From Eledone cirrhosa (lineage: Eukaryota): DNA of 64,000 nucleotides. Positions within the stretch are counted from its first letter, which is position 1. Every line of letters begins with the position of its first letter. The stretch covers positions 15,314,001-15,378,000 of the forward strand of contig OZ024743.1 of the NCBI GenBank assembly GCA_964016885.1. The letters run 5' to 3'. Shown piece by piece: positions 26,401-38,738 of this stretch. The position numbers were made by a program, and so were the translations under genes. The notes under the pieces are model-generated. The model did not search any database, had not been told where the DNA came from, and saw only the letters and a list, made by a program, of their open reading frames with translations.

Positions 26401-29383
26401 AATTCGTGATCTGTGTGCTTGACTTAGATAGGCTTCATAGACAAGGACCCGGCTACTGGAAGCTAAACGCGTCCTTACCAGCGCGCAAGGCCTACAGAGA
26501 CCGGATTAGCGAACTAGTTAAGCGGGCGTTGACGGGGGCCATCGTCAACAACAAGTGGTGGTTTGCTCTGAAAAGAGCAGTTAGAATAGAGTCCATTAGG
26601 TTTAGTAAGACTTTAGCAATAGAGAAAAATAGAGCAGAGGGAGAATTAGTTAGAAATTTAGATGAGGCGCTTAGCAAAGGCATCGCGACCGACGTACTTG
26701 CGGCGAAATTGGCCCTTGACCAATTCTTCAATGCAAAGCACGAAGGCTGCGTTGTCAGAGCTAGGGTGCATGCTCTCAGACACGAGGGGACGAAAGCCGT
26801 TCAATGGGCCCGAGTGGCGGAGGCGCGTCGTGGCAACAAAGCCACGATCCGGTCTTTGGTGGACCACGACGGGCGCATGCTACTCGATCCCGGGAAAATG
26901 TGTGAAGCTTTCCATCGACACTTCGCCCAGCTGTCCGGGGGCAGCTGCGGGCCGAATCCGCGGATGGACTTTAGTGTCTACCTCGAGTTACTGTCGCGGC
27001 TCTCGGCCACTGAGGTGGAGTGTTGCGAAAAGCCAATAACAGCCGCTGAAGTACGTGAGGCACTGACTGGCTGCACAAGGGGTAAATCGCCTGGTTTGGA
27101 TGGTCTTCCCTATGAACTTTACGTGCATATGCAAGACTTGTTCGGAGGTCTCTTGGCGGACGCCTACTGCAACTGGCAACAGAACGGGAGAATTCCCAGT
27201 TCTGTGAGCCGAGGAGCTGTGGGGCTGATGAGAAGGGATCCGAACAAGGGGGATAACATAGATAATTTCAGGCCCATAACTCTGCTAAACACAGAGTTCA
27301 AGATTCTGGCCATGGTGCTAGGAAAGAGGTTGGCGCTTGTCGTTGGTGGTCTGGTGGGAGAGGCACAGGCGTGCACCATTCCCGACAGATCCATCCACGA
27401 CAACCTCCACCTCATGCGATACATCGTAGAGAGGGTAGCTAGGGAACCTGGCACGGGTGGGTCTTTGATCAATTTAGATCAGTCGAAAGCCTTCGATAGA
27501 GTCGACCATCGTTACCTAGCGGCAGTCCTGAGGGCGGCTGGCTTTGGGCCCGTCTTCAGAGGCTGGATCGCTGCCATGCACAGCGACATCTGCTCTGTAG
27601 TGAGAGTGAACGGTCACCTTTCGGAACCGTTCAACATCATGCGCTCGGTCCGCCAAGGATGTCCCCTCTCGTCCCTATTGTACGTATTGACTCTCGAGGC
27701 ATTACTGCACAAACTGGAGACGCTGAGGGTGGTCCCGCGCGAACTAGGATGCGGAAGATCCGTGTCAGCATATGCCGACGATGTCACCGTAGTGGTGTCG
27801 AACGCCAAACACATCGAGGCGATCGGCACTACACTAAGAGAATACGAAGCGGTGACAGGAGCAATGATCAACCAGGAAAAGTCAGTGGCCCTGTAGCTCG
27901 GCACCTGGAGAGGCAGGTCCATGCCGTTCAACAGCGTCGTCGGGCGCTAGACGGACGGACCGGTTAAATTGCTAGGGGTCTGGTTCGGTCCAGACCTCCA
28001 GACGGACAAAAACTGGGACGAGGTGACGAGCAGGGTGGCTTCTCTCACCCAGAAATGGGCCGAGAGGAAGCTATCCCTGAAAGGTCGAGCGGAGGTGGCG
28101 AATGCGTACATCGCATCCGTCATCTACTACCGCCTGACCGTCGTACCTTGTCCTAAGCCCCGCCTGACTGCGCTGGAGCGTTTGCTCTTTCGCTTCTTGT
28201 GGAAGGGACGCGCTCCGATGGTCAGGCGGTCCATCTGCTGTCAACACCCGCTACGTGGAGGGCTGGGCATGCCGTGGCTGATGATGCGCAGACACGCGCT
28301 CAGGCTACGACATCTCCACCTCTTCCTCGACGGTGATCAGGTGTGGTCGCCGTTTGCAAGACACGTTTTTCCCCAGCTCGTCTCCTTGACGGAGCTGCAG
28401 TCCTGGGTCAAGCGAAGACCGAGAGGGAGCGCTTGGAGACTGGAATGTCTTCAGGCGCTCACAGCCCTCGGCCAATCGGGCAATGTGATCGGTGGAAACT
28501 CCACCTTGGCGTTATATAGGGGATTAGTGGAGGGGAAGAGCGACGACGTACTTGGAGAAACTCTAGGCGTCGACGAAAATCAACTAGCCAATCTCTTCGG
28601 AAGAACTTTCGGGCCGGGGCCTATGGACAACTTCCAGAAATCCCTGGCCTGGCAGTGCTACCGAGGAGCTTTGCCAGTTCGGGATAAACTCTACAGGCAT
28701 GGAGGTGCTGTCAGCCGGGCATGTCCGAGATGCGCGCAGGGCGACGAAACCGTCCTGCACGCACTCGTCCAGTGTCCGAGCATTGCTGACTTGTGGGTTT
28801 ATGTCGAACACCTGCTGTCACGTGTAGGACGGATCCAGCTATCAGCTGAGTCCATCGTGAGGATTGCCCCGCCCCCTTCCTTTAGCCTGGAAGGGCAGGA
28901 AGTTTTTATCTGTCTGGTGGCCATGGCGAAAGAGATAGTATGGTGGACACGTTTGAAAGGGCTGAAGACGAGCACTTACCTCTTCGGTGATGCCCTGATT
29001 AACTTTTTCAAATTTCATTTGAAAAGGAAAATCAGGGTAGAGAGGGAAGTGCTCTCTTCCCAGCATTTTGTTGAAAGATGGGTGAGAGAAGCAAGTATGG
29101 CCCGAATGAATGGGCCTTCTCTGAGTATGTGTCTGTAAATTAAAGGTGGAAAACTGGGAGAGGGCACTTGCCCTGGTGGTCAGGGCCACTGTGGTCTTTT
29201 AATGGGCTTTCTCCACAAATGTCCCTTGGAAGTCTCCCCCCTATTGGGGTATTTTTCTTTGTTATTTTATTTCAACCTCTGTTTTTTTTTACACGCAGAA
29301 ATGCCCATTTGTACCGTCCTGTATTGTCCTGTACTGTCCTTAATGTCTACTTTATGTGAACCCTTGTGGTTAATAAAGAAAAC
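23474..29383 (+). mobile_element. Tx1/L1-clade LINE copy 2 (full-length)
   Basis: Same termini as copy 1. ORF1 23682-25685 is frameshifted. ORF2 25720-29138 has a G-run frameshift near 25920 and two TAG stops near 27895 and 27949. Confidence 0.95.
25720..29138 (+). pseudogene. Tx1 ORF2 (APE endonuclease-RT-CCHC), disrupted
   Basis: NARGL, SETR, GDWN, SYLDR; KSPGLDG, FRPITLLN, DQSKAFDRV, QGCPLS, YADD; CPRCAQGDETVLHALVQC. Confidence 0.9.
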
Positions 29384-29419
29384 ATTATTAATATTATTAT
29401 TATTATTATTATTATTATT

Positions 29420-32400
29420 TGAGTCTCAGTCATTGGTGTTATTTAACTGGAAAGTTTGTTGAAATGAATATCAAGCCGCTACCTGCAGCCTCAGATATTC
29501 AGGACGTATCGGAGGGTTCTTGCAAAAAGCGGGGCTGGACTAATTTTCATTAAGCAACCTTGGAAACTCTTTGTGATAGTACCTAGGGCGCCTATGAGAA
29601 TCGGGACGACTCTGACTTCATGGCAGTTGCAAATCCTTTTTACCTGCCACTTAAGTCCTGGTATCGGTTAAATTTCTCCCTCTCCTTTTTTTTCCCTCTC
29701 GTGTCAAATAGGCAGGCCACATCCACACTTACGCACGATCTTTTTTCCTTGTCCAAAGCCACCAGCTCAGGCCTATTGTGTTCCAGTTTCTTGTCCGTCT
29801 GTATCCTAAAATCCCATAGCACCTTCACCTGATCGTTTTCTATCACCGACTCTGGCTTATGCTCATACCACTTCTGAGAATGTGCTAAATTGTTTACTTT
29901 GCATAGGTGCCAGTGGATCACCCTGCCCATCACATCATGTCTCCAGCCTTTATAGTGAGTCTGAGCTAGGTGTTTACACACAGATACAATGTTAGCCACA
30001 GTCTCTCTCTCTCTCTCTCTCCACAGATCCTACACAGTGGGATAGCCTCCTCCTTGTAAATATGGTGTTTCAGCCACTTCGTTTTGGGGGCCTGCTCTTG
30101 CGCAGCCATTAGCATTCCTTCTGTAGCCTTTTTAAGGTCTCCTCTTTTTAACCAATTCCATGTCTGTTGCTCTCAAAATTCAGTTTTCTCAAAGAAGGCA
30201 CTATGAAGGGATTTTTAATGAAGGTTGCTCTTCCTCCTTGTTGTTATTTCCTCCTTGGACATCCCCTGGTCTATTGTTCTCTCCTTCAGTACAATTCTGA
30301 ACATTAGCTACCTATTCTTAGTAACGTGTTTGTGCAGGTTGTTTTTCTCCATCTGAACACAGCCCTCTATGCTGATAAGACATCTTCCACCTTCAGATCT
30401 CTTTAAGTAGAGTCTATCGACATCACTCCTCTTGTGGAACATGTTGTAGATAGTCAATAGCTTCCTAGTCTTCCTATCTATTTCTTTTTATTCAGCAACA
30501 CTCCATTTCAGAATTCCCGCACTGTACCTAATAATAGACACAGCTCGGGAATTCACTGCACTTATGATATTCCTACTATTTAGATGTGATTTTAATACGC
30601 TCTTTACTCCTCTAATGTATTCAGATCTTATCAATTCCTTCATGTTTTTGTTCTTGATTTCATCTGCCTCCAGAACACCTAAATATTTGTATCCTTCTTC
30701 AGTGTCAATTTCCTTTATCATCTCACCTGTTGGTACCTGCATTCCGTTGCTACTGCTCAATTTACCCCTCTTCATCACTAGGACTCCACACTTGTTGATA
30801 CCAAATATCATACATATAACTTTGCGGAAAATACGGACAGTGTCAACAAGTACATCCAACTCCTCACTCTTCCCAAAGAGTTTAAGATCATCCATGAAGA
30901 GATGGTCATTGATGGTAACCTCTCCTTTTCCCAACTTGTATCCTGCTTTCCATTTTTGCAGTATAATGGTCAGAGGTATCAGGGAAAGGACAAACAACAG
31001 AGGGGATAAACTATCTCCCTGGAAGATACCTCTCTTGATCTTCGCGCCTCCCAAGGATTCTCCACCCGATGTTAACTCTGTTTCCCAGGACTTCATACTT
31101 TTGCTCAACAACTGCCTGAAGTTATCTTCCACCTTGAAGATCTCTAGGCTTTTGGTTATCCAAGTATGAGGTACCATGTCGAATGCCTTTTTGTAAACTA
31201 TCCATCCCATGGCAAGACCAGTGTGTCTCCTCTTGCAATTCCTCATTAACTTCTTATCAATACGTAACTGGTCCTTTGTGCCACGGGACTTCTTTCGGCA
31301 TCTTTACTGTTCGTCCGCTAACAAGTTGTTTATATGGAGGTGATGGTAGATTTCCTGTCAACAGTTTCCACATTACGGACAGACATGTGATAGGTCTATA
31401 GTTGGTAACATCATTACCCTTGATTCGGTCTTTCATTACCAGAACTGTGTTACCTTTTGGCAACCACTCTGGTACCTCACCGGACATCAAGCAGTCATTG
31501 AATATTGTTGTCAGTTTCGGGTGGAAGGATGTTATATTTTTGATCCAATACCCCTGCACACCATCTGGGCCTGGTGATTTCCAGTTGGTTAGTTTTTTGG
31601 CCTGCCCCTTAAGAGTTTCAACTGTGCTACTCAAATCAGTTTGTTGGTGTGTTTGTTCACTAATCTCCTTTTGTACTGTCTCAATCCACACTGCCTGATC
31701 ATTATGTTCAACATCCTGCTCCCATATTCCTCTCCAGAAAGTCTTAGTCTGTTCCGCCTCAGGGATCAAGTCGTTGCCTCTTTCTTTCCCTTCAAACTGT
31801 CCAAACAACATCTTCTGGCTGTTGTCAAACATGGGGTTCTGTCTATACTGACTGACTCTGCTCTCATACCGCCTAATCTTTGCACTCTTTGCTACAATGC
31901 GTTGCTTCAGTTCCTGTATGATGATATTTAGCTTTTTCCTCCTAGTTTTGTACTTTCTTTCATGTCTATTTTTTATTGTCTATGTTTTGTAGTGTCCCAT
32001 TCAGTAGGGACTCAAACTTTCCAATGTCATTTCTCATTTCCTTGATTTGACCATTCAGTCGTTTCTTCCACCAAGGTTCTGATCTTTCTTGTTTGTTGTT
32101 TCTTCTCGTTTTTATGTCAAGTAATTTCCTCACCGCATTTGCTGTTGCCGTGAGAATATTGTTGCATTGGTGAAGGTTCCTCGCCTCAAGGTATGGGATG
32201 ACATTGTTTACCTTAGCTGTTGTTTCTTTTAACTTTTTCCTGTCTACAAATCTTAGGTTCATAGGTTTTCCACTATCATTGTTCATTTCATCTACCACTA
32301 AGTTTAGGATATCAACCAAATCTTGTCCTAGCCCGTCAGCATTCATTTCCTCAATGACCGTATCTTCGTTCCAGGTGTTATTTATTTCAGCATTCAGATC

Positions 32401-32856
32401 ATTGTCTGCTTCGGATGTTTCCACCATTCTCCCAAACTCTTCACCTTCATTTCCAAATGGCTCTTTTGTCTGGCATACTCCACTCTCCATTTCTAACCTA
32501 ATCTCTCTGCTCAGTTCCTCCAGTTCCAATTCGCTTATCCATCCATTAGTTCTTATTACCCGAGTCTGCCCGGCCAATTTTTGTTCATCGAATTTAAATA
32601 GTCCAATCTCGTTCCAGATGTTATGCATCCGTTTCCTATAACCTTTTTCCTTGGGGTTACACCTCAAGTAACATTCCATGACAGTTCTATTCAATTCTTT
32701 CGTCCAGTTGGTTCTTGTCCCTTTCCTTCTTCTTCCTCCAACACCAGCAGTATTTGGATGACAGCCAGGTCGCTGCTGCTGGGCCTTGCGGCACTTGCTG
32801 CAAGAGTCTGTCATATGGCATTCCAGTCTCCACTTCACCGTTATTCGAACTGTTTA
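29420..32856 (-). mobile_element. R4/Dong-like LINE family A, near-complete ORF, frameshifted, 5'UTR missing
   Basis: ORF pieces 31966-32838, 31257-31832, 30488-31246 and 29640-29999 are colinear with the 38663-42131 copy. Bounded by (ATT)n on both sides. Confidence 0.92.
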
Positions 32857-32876
32857 GGTTATTATTATTATTATTA

Positions 32877-35800
32877 CAGTTGTATTTATCTTGCTTTATG
32901 TTCATACGAGTTATTAGCAAGTCACAACCAGTGACCTCAAGAGACAACAAGGTCCGCCATGTTCAAGAAAGAACACACATACACACACATACATCTTTAG
33001 GTGTTTAGTCATCTGATGTACTTATCTTGACAGAATCTTCCTTAGTATATGGGAAAGTTCCCATTAGTACTATCTTTTGTATTTCTCCTATACGCGGGTT
33101 TCTTGGTATTTGCGATAAATAATCATTAAACCCCTTAGGTATCATTCCTAGAGCGCCCACAACCGCTGGTATCGTTTTAGTTCTCAATTTCCACATTTTT
33201 CCAATTTCTATCTCCAGGTCCTTATACTTGCTCAATTTTTCAAATGTTTTTATAGATAGATTCTTGTCTATTGGAACAGACATATCAATTAGCATGCATA
33301 CCCTCTTTTTAAAGTCCTTCAGTATTATATCAGATCTATTTACATCTATTTTTCGGTCTGTTTCGATGCTAAAGTTCCACAAGATAGAGATGTGATCTTT
33401 TTCAAGTATGGAAGGCGGTTGATGCTCCCACCAATTCTTTTGATGTGGCAGGTCAAAATGCTTACACATTATCCAATGTATGTATTGTGCAGCTCTGTCG
33501 TGCCTGTTTAGGTATTCGGTTGGAGCTATAGGACTGCACATTGAAATTATATGATCAAAGGTCTCTGGTCGTTTTTTGCATACACGGCATAATGGGCTGC
33601 ATCCATTTTTTATTATATTGGCTTGGTAATTTTTTGTTGGCAGACACTGATCTTGTGCTGATATAATTAGTCCTTCAGTCTCCGATTCCAGTGCAGAGGA
33701 TGCCATACACTGATGGGTTAAAGTTTTGTCAATATCAGCCTTGTTAGCTCTTTCTCGGTATTTTCCATACAGAGGCTTTTCTTGCCATTTATTAGCCAGT
33801 TTCTGTAGCAGTTCTTTCTTTGCAGTTACTTTTACCTGTTTTGCTTTTTCTGTATTTTTCATTTCAGCAGTAAATAGAACTTCTGAAATGTGTAGTCCAT
33901 TACTGTATCTTTGTGCATCTTTTGTGATGGAGTATAATCTTTTGATGATTTCGTGTTTGAAAACGAGCTTGATCATCCACTCATATGATTCCCTTAGATA
34001 TGTAGATAATCCAATTGTTGCTGTTTTCAACGCAATATCTAACTGGATTAAGGGCGGGGAATTGGCAGTATCGGTAGAGAGTCGGACGCCATGCTTTCTA
34101 GCATAGTTACGTCCCTTTACACTCTGAGTTCAAATCCCGCCGAGGTTAACTTTGCCTTTCATCTTTACGGGGTCGATAAAATAAAGTACTAGTAATGTAC
34201 TGGGTAATTGCTGGCCTTGTGCCTAAAGTAGAAACAATATCTAACTGGATTAACCCACGTCCTTCTTCTTTCCTCGGGAGGTATATTCTATCAGTATCTA
34301 CCTTAGGGTGATGCATTCTGTGAATGGTTAAGCATTTTATAATTTTTGTATCGACCCTATGGATCTCTGTGCTTGACCAGTTGATGACATTGTAACTGTA
34401 AGTTACTACTGGTAAGACAAGCGTGTTTATGGCATCTATCCTATTCCTTGCATTCAATTCCGTTCTTAAGATTGCTCTTACTCTGCTGTAACATTGCTTC
34501 CTTATCCTTTCCCTCATTGTCGAGTTCTTGATTCCGTCTCCTTCACAAACCCCTAGATATTTGTAAGTTTCCTCTTGATCAAGTTCTCTTATCACATTCT
34601 CCCGATCAAGATTAATGTCTGAACTCTTCAGCAGCTTTCCTCTGGTGAACGTTGCTTTGGCGCATTTGTCTAGTCCAAACTCCAGTTTAATGTCATCACT
34701 GAACTGCTCCACAGTGGATAATAGCCCTTGCAATTGTTCATCATTTTTTTGCAAATAGTTTCAGGTCATCCATGTAGAACAAGTGATTAATGGTTTTGTC
34801 ATAGACTTTATATCCGTGTTTTGTTTCATTGAGCATTTTACTTAATGGTATAAGTGCGATGCAGAATAAAAGCGGTGATAAAGAGTCACCCTGAAAAATT
34901 CTACAATTAATATTAACTTCTCCAGCTTCCAGTGATTTTGTTTCACTATTCTAAAGGAGTGTCGTTTTCCATGTCTTCATACTGAATGTCAGGAACCTCC
35001 TGTCAACGGGAGATATTTTGAAAATCTCTAAACATTTTTCAATCCAACTGTGGCCAACTATCGAATGCTTTTTTGTAATCTATCCAAGCAATTGATAGAT
35101 TTCTGTGTCTATTATGACAATCTTCCAGTATCATTTTGTTAACCAAAAGCTGATCTTTACAGCCATATCAGCCTCGTTTACACCCTTTCTGCTCATTTGG
35201 AAATAGATCATTTGTTGTCAGGTGATCATATGTATATTCAGTTAGGACTGATGTTAACATTTTATAGATTGTGGTCAAGCAAGTTATCGGTCTGTAATTT
35301 TTGGGATTGTTTGTCTCATCATTCTTGGGGAGTAGGAATGTTATGCCGTTAACTAGCCATGATGGTATCTTTTTCTGGCTCCTTAACCATTTCATTGTAA
35401 AGTTGGGCTAACAGCTCACGAGACTCTGTGAAGGCATTTATCCAAAACTTTGGTATTTTGTCTTTTCCTGGGGATTTCCATTTGCTGGATTTTCTAAGAG
35501 CCAAACGTAACTCTTCAACTGTTCCCATGTTTATTCCTCAAGTTGAGTTGTATCTTTCATTTGTCTATGTATCCATGGGACACGTATATTATGAATTTTT
35601 TCTTCGGCCCAGATCTTTTCCCAGAATTCTTGCACTTCCTCCTTGGGTTGTATTGATTTAGCAGTTATTGTTGAAATTTCCTAGGTTGTTTTTGAACATA
35701 TTATTGTCCTTATAGAATCTAGATCGCTTTTCAAAGCGCTTTATACGAGCAGCTTTGGCCGACATTTTTTGCTTGATTATTTCTATCAGCATGTCTATGT

Positions 35801-37984
35801 CACTTGTTGATTTTATACTGTATTTTCTTTTCAATGTTCTAAGTTTATTTTGTTTAACATGTTCACCTACTTTGTAGTTTGTTAAAATTTCTATATCCGA
35901 TCGGAGAAGATTTATTTGGCGATTGATGTTCTCTTGCCAAGTAGGTTTCTTGTGGGAATTCCTTTGTTTTTTTCATTTTCACTCCACATAAGTGAGTGGT
36001 GACTTTAGCCGATGCATAATAGAGATGATTTAGATCAGTAATTTTTAGTTTGCTTGTGATGATAATGTTTTTGAGAATTATATTAGTATATTATATTAGT
36101 GTATTATCTGTTGGTTCTGTTTGGAGTTCTGGATCTTAGGGAGAGTGTCTCGTTCCCCCATGTCAGATTCTTTCATTGTCATCCATACGATCATAATTTC
36201 ATTCTTCAAGTTGGCAAGTTCATTCTCATTCATTTCTTTATCATTTACGATCTCATTGTTTTCATTTTGAGTTTCATCTTTACCTTGCACTCCCTCCACT
36301 TTTTCCATCCTTTCTTTAATTTGTTCTGCTGTTAGTGATTCCGCCCCAACCCTGGGATTCGAAGTATTACAATTTACCTCGTTTTCGCTGACCCATGTTT
36401 CATTTTCCCTTCGCTGACTTTGTGCTAATTGCTTGATCTGATCAATTTCTATTTCAGTTAGTAACTTTTTTTTAACAATATTTCTTCGTATATTGACTAG
36501 TTTGTTACTGTCAATATAGCCTCTGTTTTCGGGATGTTTCTTTTTCCAGTTGATATATGTCTGTTCTGTATTCGATCTATTTGATGGGTAGTACATGGCA
36601 GTGTAGAAAGCCTCAAGGACTTCTTTATTGTCTTCCCTTTACCATTTTTCTCTCTTTTTCTTTGGATTTCTTGGTGGTGAGCATGGAGGTTCAACAGTAG
36701 GTGTATTCCTGTTATGGAAGGTCTCTAGATAAGAATTGACGGGAAGGTTTGAACCATTAGCTGAATTTTCGACCCCAGTCTGGTTCCTCTCTGAGGGACG
36801 CGGCTCTTTTTGACCCGGGTGACGGCCGATCCGGTATGAGATTTTATCATTTGACATTGACTTTATTTTGTTGCGTTTTATCCTTAACCGCCAAGGGGTA
36901 ATCATTTCGTGTTACCACTCCCAGGACGAGTGTCAACCAAGACTAGAGGAGTCGTCCTCCTCTATAGACACGGCTAATCCCCGCCGGCCGCCATCCCTGT
37001 ATTTCTAGGTCACGAGGTTTTCTTTTTTTTTTCTTTTTAAATTGTTATTATCATGAGTGGTTCCTTAATGTGAGCACTGCGTGGATTAAGAATGAAATTA
37101 TTATAAATAACACAATATACTTTTTGTTGAAGTTGCCTGTTGTTGTTGTTGGCTATGTCGGTGGTGGTGGTGGTGCTGGGGCTTTTTCTAGTGTTGGTGG
37201 GGAAGGGGGGATCCAGCAGTGCCATATTCGTTGACGTTTGACCGGGTTTAAAGTCAGTCTATTTATATATTTTACTAGCCTCTCCCTTGTCTAGTGATAC
37301 CGCCACCTCCCCTTTCTTAAGTTAACAGAAGGTAGTGAGGTTACAGTGATGTAGTGGTGGCGGCGGTGATGGGATAGTGGTAGCAATGATGGAATTGCGG
37401 GGGCGGTGACTGTAGATATGGCGTTGTCGTTACTGAGTTCTGTTGAATAGACTTTAGTTAGTGTGCGTTTGTTTGATCTGTATATATATGCGGTTTGTCG
37501 CCTATGTTTAATAGATATGTTGACATATTTCCTTAATATTTGAGTTAACATTTTGAAAAAAACTTGAGATACAATAATAGTAATTATTATTATTATGCTG
37601 GGATTGGTAGTGGTGGTGGTGAAATTGCCGTTATCTGGCTATTGTATTTAGTGTACACAGAGGGGTGATGGGATAGGTGGTGTATCTACGTTGAAGTGGT
37701 GGTGAAATTGCTGTTATTTGGCTGTTTTATATAGTGTAGACAGAGGGGTTTTCTTCCAATTATAACCATTTTCTTTTTTGAATATAAAATGTATAATACA
37801 AAATTGAATATTTGAGCGATATAACAGGATATTATGGATTCGCATTTTCTGAGAGAATGCCTGGTGCCTTATGTCCCATTTGTACTAATAATTGTTATAT
37901 CACAATAGTTTTAACTATGTTAAAAATCAAACACTTACAGGAGCGATTCCACAACGCTCTATCCACCACGTGCGTCTCCTTCCC
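32877..37984 (-). mobile_element. R4/Dong-like LINE family B, apparently full-length, disrupted
   Basis: [23 protein letters not shown] and YKYLG; CRVCKKRPETFDHIISMC; RHD...NRSD...IDMSVP...EKLSKYKDL. The 5' leader begins GGGAAGGAGACGCAC after (TAA)n. Confidence 0.88.
34052..34234 (+). mobile_element. tRNA-derived SINE with 19-bp target-site duplication, inserted antisense in the family B ORF
   Basis: TSD CAATATCTAACTGGATTAA at 34033-34051 and 34235-34253; A/B boxes TGGCAGTATCGG and GAGTTCAAATCC. Confidence 0.93.
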
Positions 37985-38024
37985 TTATTATTATTATTAT
38001 TATAGTTGCATTTATCTTGCTTTA

Positions 38025-38088
<64 letters not shown>

Positions 38089-38090
<2 letters not shown>

Positions 38091-38616
38091 AGTTGCGTTT
38101 ATCTTGCTTTATGTTCATACGAGTTATCACCAAGTCACAACCAGTGACCTCAAGAGACAACGAGGTCCGCCATGTTCAAGAAAGAACATACATACTCACA
38201 CATGCATCTTTAGTGTTTAGACTTGTGATGTACTTATATTGACAGAATCTTCCTTAGTATATGGGCAGTTCCCATTAGTACTATCTTTTGTATTTCTCCT
38301 ATACGCGGGTTTCCTGGGATTTGCGATAAGTAATCATTAGACCCCTTAGGTATCATTCCCAGAGCGCCTACAGCCACTGGTATTGTTTTAGTTCTCAATT
38401 TCCACATTTTTCCAATTTCTATCTCCAGGTCCTTATACTTGCTCAAGTTTTCAAATGTTTTTATAGATACATTCTTGTCTATTGGAACAGACATATCAAT
38501 TAGCAGGCATACCCTCTTTTTGAAGTCCTTCAATATTATATCAGGTCTATTTGCATCTATTTTTCGGTCTGATTGGATGCTAAAGTTCCACAAGATTGAG
38601 ATGTGATCTTTTTCAA

Positions 38617-38617
<1 letters not shown>
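38089..38617 (-). mobile_element. R4/Dong-like family B 3' fragment
   Basis: ORF 38234-38593 reads DANRPDIILKD...IDMSVP...KYKDLEIEI. Nearly identical to 32877-33404 and bounded by (ATT)n. Confidence 0.92.
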
Positions 38618-38652
<35 letters not shown>

Positions 38653-38738
38653 GTTATTGTTATTCCTTGAATCTCAGTCATTGATGTTGGTTAACTGGAA
38701 AGTCCGTTGGATTGAATATCAAGCCACTACCTGCAGCC

